Below are positions 1-11,591 of a stretch of DNA of 64,000 nucleotides, in pieces. The DNA is from Protoeuglena noctilucae. Lineage: Eukaryota. The translations under genes and the position numbers were made by a program. The notes under the pieces are model-generated. The model made no database searches, was not told the origin of the DNA, and was given only the letters and a program-made list of their open reading frames with translations. The first letter of the stretch is position 1; each line of letters begins with the position of its first letter. Location of the stretch: assembly GCA_958009085.1 (NCBI GenBank), contig OY253678.1:558001-622000 (forward strand), given 5' to 3'.

Positions 1-2331
1 CACCTGGAGAATGCCGTTTGGCAAGGCGCCATTCGCCAGCCCACCCGCATGCGCCGCGCCGTGCCCCGCCCCGGCAACCCCGCGGCCCCCCTTGGCCCCA
101 GCGGCCACGCTCACCCCCGGAGCAGCCCCCTCCGGACTGCCGCCGCCCTTGCCCTCCTTGCCCGCGGACGCCGGCGCCTCCTCCACAGCGCCTTCCTGCC
201 CGTCGGCCTCCTTCGGCCCCACGCTCCCCAGGTGAGGCTCCAGCTCCGACTTGCGCCTCGCCGCGATGGATGGCCCCACGTTCGCAGCCCCGGCGGCCGC
301 CGCCGCCGCCCGCGCCGCCTCCTCCGCCCTCTGCGCGCGCCCCTTGGCAGCGAGCATGGCCGACCGCAGGTACTCGAACATCTTGCTCGTCTGCGCCGAG
401 GGCGTCACGCGCTGCTGCCGGGCGTACGCCTGCATCGTCTCGACTGCCTTGTGCAGCGAGAAGAGCGCCTTGTCCGCCCCCAGCACCGACCCCGTGTGTA
501 AATACGCGCGAGCCAGAAACAGCAGCGCGATGCCCGTCCGGGGGCTGTTGGGCCCGCTGGTCCTCTCCAGCATCTGCGTCTTCTCCTCCATCGCGATCAA
601 GTCCTTGTCCGCGCCCGGCACCTGCTGCGCCGTCACGGACGCTGCGGGGGCAACGGCCACCAGCGCTTCATCGACTCCGCACGGCCAAAGCGAGACGCCC
701 CTGCTGAGGCTGAGCACCACGCTGCAGGTGCAGCCAGGGATCCAAGCGTGCTCGTGGATAGAATCTCTATCCACCAGACGTGGCAGGGCCTCACCGGTGT
801 TGCCCGGGACGGGGATGCCGCCCTTGAGCAGGTCGAGGCGAGGCGACGCGCGGAGGTAGGCCTCCACGGCCCGCTTGGCCCCGACGCCCACCACGACGAG
901 CCCGTCGTCGCGCGCGCCCGCCGAGGGCCGGCCGAGCGGGGACAGCCCGGGCCGCCCGTTGGTGTCGAGGCCGCCGAGCCCGCGGCCCCCGTTTGCTGGC
1001 GAGTAGAGCATCCCCAGCACGTTCTCCAGATCGGACGGGCTCCCCGCCGGCATGGCGCGCGGGGTTTTGGACGTGAAGCCCTCGAAGAGCCGCATGGGCG
1101 AGCGGATGATGGCGGGCGACACCCCGCTCGACCCAAACAGCGGCAGGACGCCGCCCCCCAGCGACCCCTCGTGAACCACGGTCTCCCCGTCGACGCCCAG
1201 CGTCGGCAGCGGCAGGTCCAGCACCTTCGGCGTGTCCAGGATGCCGTCCGGCGACTTGGCGGAGACCCCGCCGTCGCCGTCGGCCCCGTCCTCGGGGTGC
1301 GACCCCTGCTCCCGGTCCCGATCCCGCGGGCCGCCCCTGGCCCCTCCCCGCCCCCGCCCTCGCCCCCGCCCTCGCGCCCTAGGCTCGGACCCCGGGGGTG
1401 TCGCCCCCACCGTCACCTCCTCGGCCACCTTCGCCCCCGCATGTGCCACCTCCTCCATGTCCTGGTCCTCCTCGACTGCCTCGCCGTCGAAGTCGACGTC
1501 GTCGTCGTCCTCGTCCTCGTCAAAGTCCCCGTACTCGAAATCCTCGTACCGCCGACTCCGGCGCACCACCCGCTCGGAGCCACGCGCCCCGCCAGACGTG
1601 CTGCGAGGCCCAGGGAGGCACACGGATCAGCGTGAGCGCGAGTCATCTCGCAGACGCGGCGAGCCAGCCGCACTCGCGGAGGCGCGCACCCGGCGAAGTA
1701 GGAGGGGTCGTCGTCGTCCCGCGCGGCACGCTTGCGAGGCCGGCCCGGCCCCCGCCGCGCGTCCTCCTGCTTCGACGCCCCCCCGCGGCGCTTGGGCGTG
1801 TCTGTCAGCGAGTCGTCGCGCCCGGATCGCCCGCGCTTGAGCACGGGCTTGCGGACGCGGCTGGTGCGCAGGGGCTGGTAGTCCGTGATGGGCCGCCCGT
1901 CCGGCCCCGGCGGGACAAAACCCTCGTCCTCCCATTCACGAAGCCCAAAGAGCCCTTCCAGGGGGCGTATGAAGACGGACATGGCTTCCTTCCGCTTCAC
2001 GTCCGTGTACAGTGCGCTGGCCATGGTTGCCTCGGGTGTCTTGCCCTGGCAGCGGATGAGGCCGCGCGACAGCGCCAGGCGGCAGATCTCGCCTGTGGAC
2101 ATCAAGCGGCGCTCCTGGCGCAGCACGGCGACGGCTGCGGGGGGGGCGAGCGAGGGCGTTAGGAGAGGGTGCGGAATCAGGCCGCATTTGAACCCCCGCG
2201 ACGCGCGCAGGGGTCCCGGGGGCCGGGCTCGCCGCGCGCCAGGCACCTGCGGACTTGAATATGCCTCCGCCCTCCTTCAGCGGCTCCACTCCCGGGCCCA
2301 GGGACGTCTTTTTCGGGCTCCCCCCGCCCAT
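1..2331 (-). CDS. HARE-HTH (HB1/ASXL-type winged HTH) chromatin protein with acidic tract, RG repeats and a C-terminal TPR-like helical segment; 3' end lies beyond the window
   Basis: The spliced frame reads MGGGSPKK...GGIFKSA|AVAVLRQERRLMSTGEICRLALSRGLIRCQGKTPEATMASALYTDVKRK...FIRPLEGLFGLREW, which matches the HARE-HTH pattern (GKTPxATxxxxLY...GxFGLxxW). It continues with DFDEDEDDDD, RGRGRGRG and LERTSGPNSPRTGIALLFLARAY. Introns are GT-AG. An upstream extension of the start is possible. Confidence 0.8.
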
Positions 2332-4371
2332 CTCGGCTTGGGCGGGCTTGCGCCAGCCTTGCTGCGAAAAGCAGGGTGAGATGGGCAGCTCGCGCGCCAC
2401 AGCGATTCGAGGGGTGCTGTCCCATGAGAGCCCGCGGCCGGCAGCGGCGCGAGCGCGCCGGGGCGAGCCACGCACCCGTGCCGACACCTCGCGCGTGACC
2501 TCCGCGACGCGCGCAGCCGCCGCCCTCTTGGTTCTCCTGCGCCGGGGGCAGCCGGAACTGTAGAGAGTCCCCGATCCGCTGCCGGACCACGAACCGCCCG
2601 CACCCGCGCGCCGCTAACCAGAATTAGCACACTGTTGACCCGCGCAAGGGCAGCACGGGAACCCACGCGCACGAAGCCCGCCACCTCCCGCACCTCTCAT
2701 TCTGGGACCCATCCAGGTCCAAATCTACCGCGCTCTCCGCCATCGTGGCCGCTCCGTCGGGTGCAGTGGGGCTGCCCGCCCCCCGTCCATGCGCGTTTTG
2801 ATCGCCCGAGCTCAGCTCCCGCGCTCACGTAACAGACGAACACCCCGCAAGCCACGCTGGCCACGCAGGGTCGCGCAGAGCGACGACCAAATCGAGTTCG
2901 GTTCCACGAGACACAAGGCTGTTACCCACCGATGCCACTACATTTCCATGCGATCCGTGCAGGCCGGCAGGATTGCCGGGGGCGACCCAGAGCGCCCCGG
3001 GATGCTACCCCCGCGAGTTTCACTGGCACTGTCTTGTCGTCCTGGATGGGGCCCGGCTATCCATGAGCTGCGTTCTACCGCATCACTACTGTGTTCGCAG
3101 AACCCGCAGAGGCCACGGCTGGTGCAATGATCCTTGGAACTCGCCGGTTGGACGCCCATGTGCGGGGGGGGATCCGCGCGCTCCTGGCTGCGCGGTCGCT
3201 CCGGTTTTTCTCATATACAGGCAGACGATAACCGCGTCATACGCTTGGGCGCTTCCCGCCATCGCGGGACGCTCGATTCGTCGCCCCCGCGCTGCTCCCG
3301 TACGCGCGCCCCCTCGACGCCCCGCGCGCGCGGCTCCGGGCGTTCCCGCGGCTCGCGCGCGCATGACCGATGCAGGTGAGAGGTGGAGGTTTTGTTTCTG
3401 CGTCGAGGGGCGCGAGGAGCTGCGCCACCTTTAAAATCCGCCCGACAGCTGCGGTGGGCTCCTGCCTGACTCGCGAGCGCTGGCTGACCGGCCAGCGCCT
3501 CGCCCGGGGCCGGAACGGGCGCGCAGGGCGTCGCGGGCGTACAGTCGACGTTCCATCTCGCGGCACCGGGCGAGTTCGACGCCGGGGAGCGCGCTATCGC
3601 GAGTCCGGAGGGGAGGTCTGGCGCGAACGGAGCGGGCCCCTGCCGGGGCGCTATGGTGCGTTGCGCATCCTCCAGCGCCTACTATCCCGCTCGTTCGAGG
3701 CCGCGGCGCGCCGGAGACCCCCGCGGTGGAGGGGCGAGGCACGCCGCGTGTCCGGGGCACACTTTTGCCGGGCTCGGTGCGTGCCGCCCCCTCCCCCGCG
3801 TTGCTTTGTTCGAGGAGAGCCTCGCGGGGCTCGGTACTCCCGGGTGCGGGCTCCCGGACATCGCCGGGGCCCGGGGAAGGTCCGAGGCGCTTTTGCGGCC
3901 CGCCCCGGTCGGCGCGGCCTTTCCCGTGCCTCCCGCCGGTGAAAGATGTTGCGATGGGCGACTGCTCGCGGGACGGGGGGCTGCATGGTCGCCGGATGGG
4001 GTCCCCTCGGGCCCCAGTCTGTATGCGGGAGTCGTTGCCCCCCCTCGCTCCACGAGCCTGCGCGCTGGGACCGGATGCCATCTGCGCGATTCGTGCTCTT
4101 TCTAAGTGCCGGTGCGGGGTCCACGATACGGGCATAGCACGCCCGGGCGCGTGGGCCGCGATCGGTCCCATCACCCGTCGCTCCTGCGCCCGGTCCCTCC
4201 CCGCCGGTCGACTTGCTCGCCTGCAAACATGCCGTTCTTGCCGGCGTGCGGTGCCTCTGGGCCCCATCTCCCGCGGGCGTGCAGGGGGACGTCCCTCCTC
4301 CGCGCTGAGGGCGCGTCGCGAGCTGTTCCGCCCCCGCCCTTCGTCAAATCGCAGTTGACGGGCCGGAGGCG

Positions 4372-6727
4372 ATGGGCGGGGGAGCCCGGACGCAGCCTGA
4401 CGAGCAGCAGGAGGGCAAGGCCAGCGTGCGCACCTGGGTAGGGGGCGGTGGCATGCCCATGGAAACGCTCGAGTGCCTGAGCGTCCCGAAGGTGCGATGC
4501 GCGTTCGCCCGAATCTCTCCGTGCCGCTGCCCTCCGCCCCTCGCGCCGAGTTCGCGTTGCGATCTGCACGGCGACCCCGGGTGCCTCGGCCGCAGCTGCG
4601 GGAGTTGTTCCTCCGGGTCTTCGGATCCCCCACGGCGTCCAACAACCGCGCCTGGCTCGTCCGGAAGCTCTCCGATCCGCCGGACCCCTCCGTCGGCCGG
4701 GGCCGGCTGTCCGCCGTCCGCAAGTGAGCCTCGCATGCAGCTGCGCTGGGGAGATGCCGCCTTGCCAATGAGACCTGGCACCGCACCGCGAGCGCCGCTG
4801 TCTCGCTCGCGCAGGAGGGACCGGTTCGCGCAGATCTGGACGACGGGCGACATCAAGCAGATGACACGGAGCGAGCGTGCGTACCTCCACCAGCACGGCC
4901 AGGCCAGCGCAGTGGCGGCGTCGCCGGCGGTGGGCGCGGCGTCCCAAGTCGGCGCCACGGGGCCTTCGCGCAGCACGCGCACCCGCGGGACGCCTGCCAG
5001 GGAGGCCCCCGTGCCTCTGGCGCCCTGCGATGTCACGGTGCAGCAGCGGCTCATCCCGGAGGAGGAGGCCAGGCGCTCCGTGCTCCGCGGCCGCTGCGTC
5101 ATGGTCCGCTGGCCGCCGGGCTCCCCGTGGGCGTTCGCCAAAGTCGAGGCCGTGCAGCATCAGGCGAGGGAGCGCGGCGTGGCGCGGGCGCAGGTGCAGC
5201 CGCGGACGCATCGGGCCAGCATCAACGCCCCCCGCGCGCGCGCCAGGTGGTACGAACTTGTCGACTCCCGTGGACTAGACGGCAGTTCGCTCGCTCGCGT
5301 GCGCAGGAGCCCCGCATGGTGACGCTGCGACTGGGCACGGAGGCGAAGCAGGGGCGGACCATGGAGGTGCCCCTGACCGAGGCCCTCCAACAGGGCTGCC
5401 TGGCGTTCCCGGAGTTCCAGTCCACCGCGTCGGCTGCGGAGGGCCCTTCCACGACTCCCTCTGCGTCGGCGCACGCCCGGCCCCGCACCCTCGCCGCCGC
5501 TGCTGCCAGCGAGGGCTCCTCCCCGGGCACCACCGCAGAGGCTCCGTCGGCCGCCACGCCCGTCGCGCTGCGCGTCAAGATCCGCAACCTCGGCCGCTTC
5601 CAGCAGCAGGCGAACGCGGTCGCCGGGTCCGCCACCAAGCTGCCGCCCGCCGCTGCCGCGCAGGTGCGTGGGGCGCTCGACAGACCCGCGGCCGCTCGCA
5701 GCGTCGGTTGCCGCCGGGATTTCCGCCCCACTCAGTCTTTTGTGCAGGAGGCCGGCGCGCCGCCTCGCGGCGCACGGGTCAAGCGAACCCGGGCCTTGGA
5801 AGGCACCGCAGACGAGCAGCCGGAGTGGCCGGAGGGCAGCGGCGAGCACGACGTGCCGTCCCCGCCCGCCGCGCGGCCCCGACGGGCGATGCGCCGCGGC
5901 CGCGGCCGTGCCGGCATGGAGCCGGCTGGGGCGGACGAGCACGCGGTTGCCGCCCCCGGCTGCCGGCGCGCGCCGCTCTTCCACGATCACCAGGGTTACC
6001 CCGCGGTCTGCGGCCCCTGGGACGACGACTGGGCTCGGACGCCGGAGATTCAGGAGGTGGCGGCCCTGCCAACCCCGGGCCTCCTCGTGCACAGCTCCCT
6101 GCCGACCGTGCCCAACACAGAGACGCACCGGGCCCAGGACACGGTCGCCATGGCCGGCGCCAACGGAGACTGCGTCAGCGGCTTGAGCGCCGCGGGCGCC
6201 GGGTTGCAGGAGTACGTCCCGCCGCTCCCTCACCCGCACGCTGCGGCGCTGGCGGAGGAGGCGAACGGGAAGCGCCATGCGCGCAAGCGCTCGCGCGAGA
6301 GCCTCGGGCAGCTGGCCCTGGGCCGCGCGAACGGCCGGGACTCTATCGACCCTTCCGTCGCCATCATGGGAGGGTCGGCGCGGCTCAGATGCGGGGGCAG
6401 GAACAGGCGTCGCAGATGCACAGCGCATGTCTGTTCGCTGAGAACCCCCGCGCGCCGCGGGTTGGTGCGTTGCTTTCAGCGAGTGGCAATTATGGCCACC
6501 TCTCTGTCCCTGACCGCAGCGGTGAGGGGCTCATACGGACGGACCTTCCCCCGTCCGCGCCCGTGGTCGCTGAAGCTCGGCCTTCCGGCTACGCGACGCG
6601 GGCTTCCGTGGCCCTCATGCCGACGCTCATGAGCGAGCTGGAGGCGGAGCTGAGGGGCCATGAGGAGGTGTTGGCGGGTCTCCTGGACGCGTCCACAGTT
6701 GGGGACATCAGCTGGCTCCACGAGTGA
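4372..6727 (+). CDS. Hypothetical protein with an N-terminal helix-loop-helix motif (DUF2924/HeH-like) and a possible Tudor-like beta segment
   Basis: Exons join in frame: METLECLSVPK|LRELFLRVFGSPTASNNRAWLVRKLS...; RGRCVMVRWPPGSPWAFAKVEAVQHQ|EPRMVTLRL; the last exon ends GDISWLHE* at 6727. The true start may lie in upstream exons (about 3363-4350). Confidence 0.55.
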
Positions 6728-7324
6728 CGCGGGCGAGCCGGCGTCGTGCGCGAGCGATTGCTCCGCACTTCCGGGCTTCCCGGCCCACGGCTCATCAGCT
6801 GGCTGACGCGCGGGGGCGCGCCGAGTGCCACACCCACACCGATATGTCGACACAAAGGGCTGGCCAGTGCAGCCCCGGCCAGCGCAGCCGTGGATTGCGG
6901 AGCTGTATCTAGAACAAGCTGGGTGCGCCAGTTCAGGACCCACGGACGGATGTACCGGCATCATACGTGGTTTGGGGACGTGCGGGCGACATAGGGTGGT
7001 GCTGGTAGCGCCGGGGGCTGAGTGGTGCGTTGGAGGCAATAAAAGCGCTGCCGTTTATGTGTTCCTTCCGAGAGATGTGTTTGTAGGATTGTGCGCGTGA
7101 TTGCTTGCCCGCGCTGGTGCCAGGGACAGGGCACCTCATGTGACACCGGGGATGGCAGGGCGCACCGGCCGCGTGCTTCGATGCAGCCTGAGAAATCCGA
7201 TAAGAGTTGAAAAGCATTGCGCATGGGTTTGTGTCCACCGCAGCTGCACCGTGACCGCGGGTCGCGTAAAGGACGTGATGGCTGGAGATGGTCTAACAGG
7301 GGTCGACCTGGGCTGGTCTGCGCT

Positions 7325-8516
7325 TCAGTACCGGAGTCGGCGGACCCTCTCGTCCTTGAAATCCACCTCCGGGTCCTCTGGCAGGTCCGTCAGGATGGGC
7401 CGTGGACCTGCCTTCTGCTTTTCCACCTCCTCCGCCGTCATCACCTGCGTCGCAGGACCAAGTCAGGGTATTGAAGCCAAGTCCTCTCCATGCGATGTCG
7501 AGTGCCGGGCACGGCACCAGCCCTGCACCCCTGCTCGATGACACACACGGCCTGTCACGCCTGCGAGCCCGGCCTCAGCGCAGCACGCACCTTGGGCTTG
7601 TAGGCATCCCAGAGCAGTAGCAGTAGGGACGGTTTGTATGCCAGGAAGCCCGCCAAGAGGCAGCCCTCCTCAGCGACGGACAGGGGCCGGCCCGGGCTCA
7701 CAAAGTGGTTCCAAGCGTACACGCCGGCACCCAGGGCCACGGGCACCACAAGCCGGGGATTCCACGCGTGGCGGTACGCCGCCACCAGCTGCGCCGCCCT
7801 CCGCAAAACCACGTTCTCCACCTGTTGCGCCTCAAACACCCAGCTGCGCGTGCCCTCATTCACGCGGTCCACTGCAGGCAAACGGCCAGGCGGACGCTTG
7901 CCTTGGGCTGCGCAATGACACGAAAGAACTCGCAGCGTGGCGGGAGCCACTCACCGTCGCTGTAGAGCCAGGAGAGGTAGACTAGAGACGCACCCATGCC
8001 CACCAGGCTGCACAGCGCGGCCTCCCCGGACAGGACCAGGAAGAGGTAGGTGGTGAGGAGGCCCCCGCCCCGTGCCGTACGCCACCAAATCGTGTCCTTC
8101 AGCTCCTGGTACTCGCGCATGGTCTCTGCCTTGCACGCCGACACCCACGCCGCGTACTCCGGGTCCACGTCCGCGCTTCCATACAAAACCCGGTCGGCGA
8201 CGGAAGCAAGCTGACTGGTATTGGCGTCGTCACGCGACGCGGCGACGGCACAGCGCAGCGGCCTGCGGCTGCAACAAGCTCTTCTGGAACGTCGGCTTCA
8301 GGCCGGCTGGCACGGCCGCTGGGGCAGCCCCGTGGGATCCGTCACAAGCCAGTGACAGATGAATGGCGGTTTTGACAACGCGGCCCCTCGCCTGGCTCCC
8401 CGCGCACGAGGCGGCGCCTCCAGGGATGGATGTGAGGTGCTGGGGGGGCTGCTGACCCTGCCGGGGACCCTCATCGCCGTCGCCAGCGGCAGCCGGCAGG
8501 TTGCTAGTGAATACAT
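7325..8516 (-). CDS. CGL160/Atp1 (ATP synthase I)-like chloroplast membrane protein
   Basis: Four exons. A transit-peptide-like N-terminus (MYSLATCRLPLATAMR...RPLRCAVAA) is followed by MREYQELKDTIWWRT...SLVYLSWLYSD|VDRV...NPRLVVPVALG...GFLAYK, the PRLxxP / GFxxYK pattern of the CGL160 family. It ends ERVRRLRY*. Confidence 0.7.
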
Positions 8517-8935
8517 CGTGCTCAGCTCTTGCGGCTGCGAGCTGTGGGCCGGAGCGTCGGGGAAAGCGTGTTGGGGTCTGGCTCCCTGCGCTAACTGCCT
8601 TCGCGACGAGCAAACCTGCCCCGGTGTTCCCACGACAAGTATGCAGCTCGTGAGTGACCCGCTGGTGGATTGCTGCGCCCGTTTGGCAGCTTCGCCATGT
8701 GCCAGGAAACGTTTGAGCTGCGGTCCTGCGGTCGAGCGCGACGCGGAGCTCCCGCATCGACACTTGCGACCAGTCAGCCGCGCGCATACTAGAGACGGGC
8801 GTGCCTGCTCCCTCGCCTGCGCGCGTCCTGGTCTCTCTGCGCGTTCGGGGAATCGAGCTGGAAGACAGCACAGGGGCGAGGTGCTCGACGATGAAGGCTC
8901 GGGGGCCAGGGACGGTCCCCAGGTCTCACCTGAGC

Positions 8936-9515
8936 ATGGGCGGGGCCTGGTGGATCGGGGCACTGATATGGGTGGTCATTGGAGCCGCAGCCGTGGGTGT
9001 CGCGACCGTCGCGAACAAGGATAGGGCCACGCGCCAGTGAGTACAGCGGCATTGGCGCGTCGTGGAGCTGTTAGGGCACGTGGATGGGTCGGGGCCTCAC
9101 CCGCGTCGCTGCGGGGGTCCGGGGAAGGGCGCGACGCGTAACTCCCCCGAAGAACGCCGCTGCATCCCGGGCGGGGCCGTCAGGGCCGCTCCGAGCAAAG
9201 CGTTTCTAAGATGTGAACATGATAGTTCCATCCTTCGCCCGTTCCCCGTGCAGGCTCGCCCAGACGCTCGTCATCACGGCCTTCGTGTGTATGTGGCTGA
9301 TGTGGTCGTGCGTGTACTGGTGAGGCCCGGACTCGGTCGCTCCTAGTCACGGTTGCTATATCTGCGTCCGCTGCTTGACGCCGCGGTTGCGTTCATTGCG
9401 GGGCTCGCAGCCAGGGATCTCTGCGGGGCCGGGCGTCTCATCCGCACCGTCGTTCCCCCTCTGCAGGGCTCAAATGCGGCCGCTCGTGAACCCCGTCCTC
9501 GCGGGGGAAGGCTAG
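8936..9515 (+). CDS. VHA-e: V-type proton ATPase subunit e (V0 sector)
   Basis: Exons 8936-9036, 9254-9319 and 9467-9515 give MGGAWWIGALIWVVIGAAAVGVATVANKDRATRQLAQTLVITAFVCMWLMWSCVYWAQMRPLVNPVLAGEG*. This has two TM helices and the CxWxxW...AQxxPLxxP signature. The ORF track does not recover it intact. Confidence 0.93.
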
Positions 9516-10028
9516 ATGATTCGAGCGAGCCAGGATGTTTTGCTCGTGTTTGGAGGTCCCGTTGGCGTGGACCACACGGCGCGCCCCGTGCGCCACGAGA
9601 TCTCAGAGCGCCCAAGGGCGTTCGGCATAGTGCCGGGGAGCTGTGGTGCGCCCCGTGTCCAGGTCTACAAAGGGCTGCGGGCACGCCAGCTTGCCAAACG
9701 CGCCGCGCTTTGAAGAGGAGCGCAACGCGATTGCTAGTTGTGCACGTAAGGATGGCAGATCGCTGCAAGCTCCTTTCCATCGCCCAACGGGCGTCGAGTG
9801 TCGCGCGTGTCAGTAGCTTGACCGTCAAACAAGTGCCCGCCTGCGCCTTCATCTGCACAAAAGACCCTGTGATTGATCTGTTCGTGCACGGTGTGGGCAT
9901 CGCCGCAACCAAGGGGCACAGCTGTCGCAAACTCTCACGCACTTTTCGTGCAGTCGGGTGCTCCCCTTTCCAGCGTGTGCTCGCCTTTCCAGCGGGCCGG
10001 CGTGCTCGCTGTTCGGTATCTCTCAAGG

Positions 10029-11373
10029 ATGCCCACGGGATGGGGAGGGTGCATCGGTGCGCCATGCGCGACGGCGCTCAGCCAGTGCACGGGGCCCGCC
10101 TTGAGGAGACAGCCGCTTCCCCAGCGCCCCCCGGCACGCGTCCATCGTCTCCCTTGCGCGATCAAGTCCCCCGACTTCTCGCAAACCGGCGCATTGGAGC
10201 GTTTGCGCACCAAAGACCTCGGCACGGCTCCCAGAGATGCATGCCATCCAGGTACGGCGCGCCAGTCCGCCACGGCGGCCCGCTTCGCGCACATACCGCA
10301 CCATCGTGTACTTTGTCGTAATGACTACGGCGTCGCGCTCGAAGGCATCCCGATGGGAGTCCGCTGCCGCCGCTCGGCCCCTGCCGGCTGGCCCATGTGA
10401 GACTTTCCGCCTCGTTGCTCGCAGAGACGCGGGATGCCGCCAGGGAGGCGGCCTACGGTAGCGTCGAAGTCATCACAGGGCCCATGTTTGCGGGGAAGAC
10501 GAAGCAGTTGGTGAGGGGCGCCGAAACAGCACTGTGGGCACGGAAAAGTGCAAAGGGGGACCCGCCGCACCGGCGATGCGACCCCCGCGCCGTTCGGATT
10601 GCACAGGAGCGTCGTCACGCTCGTCCTGAACGCAGTTGAGCAGAGTGCGGGAGTTGGAGAAGCGCGGGGACCGGGTGCTGTTGGTCAAGAGCGGCGTCGA
10701 CGACCGCTACTCCGCCACGGAAGTCGTCAGCCACGATGGAGAGCGCCGTGCGTGCGTCGCCGTGCCCGACTTGCGGAATCTGCTGGGCCGGCCGGAGCTC
10801 GCTGCCGCGCAGGTCGTCGCGGTCGACGAGGCGCAGTTTTTCCACGATCTCGCGCCCTTCTGCAACTTCGTGGCGGACTCGCTCGGCAAGAGGGTGATCG
10901 TTGCGGGTCTTCTGGGGAATTACAGGTGCGGCAGGGTCAAACTACCATGCGCACAAACCTGTGGCTGCTTCGTGCTGTGCTTGTGCGTGAGTTCAAACGG
11001 TCGGCGGGTGGCTTTGGTGTGCGCAGGCGGGAGCCTTTTGGACACATGGCTGAGGTGCTGCCGTTAGCGGACGCGATCACGACCCTCTACGCTCGGTGCG
11101 CCTTCTGCGAGGGTGTGGCGCATTTCACAGGCGAGGCTGCGCGCCGATTGGGCACGATTCCTCGCAAACTCCGCTCCCAATGGCTCTAAAGCGCCCACGC
11201 CTCGCCGCGAAACCCACGCAGTGCGCTTGCGGGGAGGGGACGCCGAGACGGAGGTGGGCGGGGCTGACAAGTACCAGCCAGTGTGCCGGAGACACTTTGA
11301 CGAGCATGCCCCAAACCTCGCCTTCCGCCAGCGCGACATGGCCGGGTGGGTGCAGTCGGGAGAGCCGTCCTAA
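10029..11373 (+). CDS. TK1: Thymidine kinase (TK1 type), probably with an organellar N-terminal extension
   Basis: Motifs GSVEVITGPMFAGKT, DDRY...VVSHDG, VVAVDEAQFF, VIVAGL, CAFC, VGGADKYQPVCRRH. Stop is TAA at 11371-11373. The start is uncertain: ATG 10029, or an upstream exon from ATG 9752. Confidence 0.93.
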
Positions 11374-11591
11374 GGCAGGTCAACGCACATCGCCCGTGTC
11401 CCTAGCTACGGGTTTGATTGCGGCGTGCAGTCTGACCCTCAGTACCTTGTGACCCAGCACAGTTGCAAAGTCTGCAGACTTCTGTTCTCGTGACAAACAA
11501 CTGACTGCATGTTGAAGAGCCTAGCAGTCAACTGCCACGGCAGCGCCATGAAGCGGCCCTGTGGGGAGCGAACCTCGCAACGCAGCCGGGC

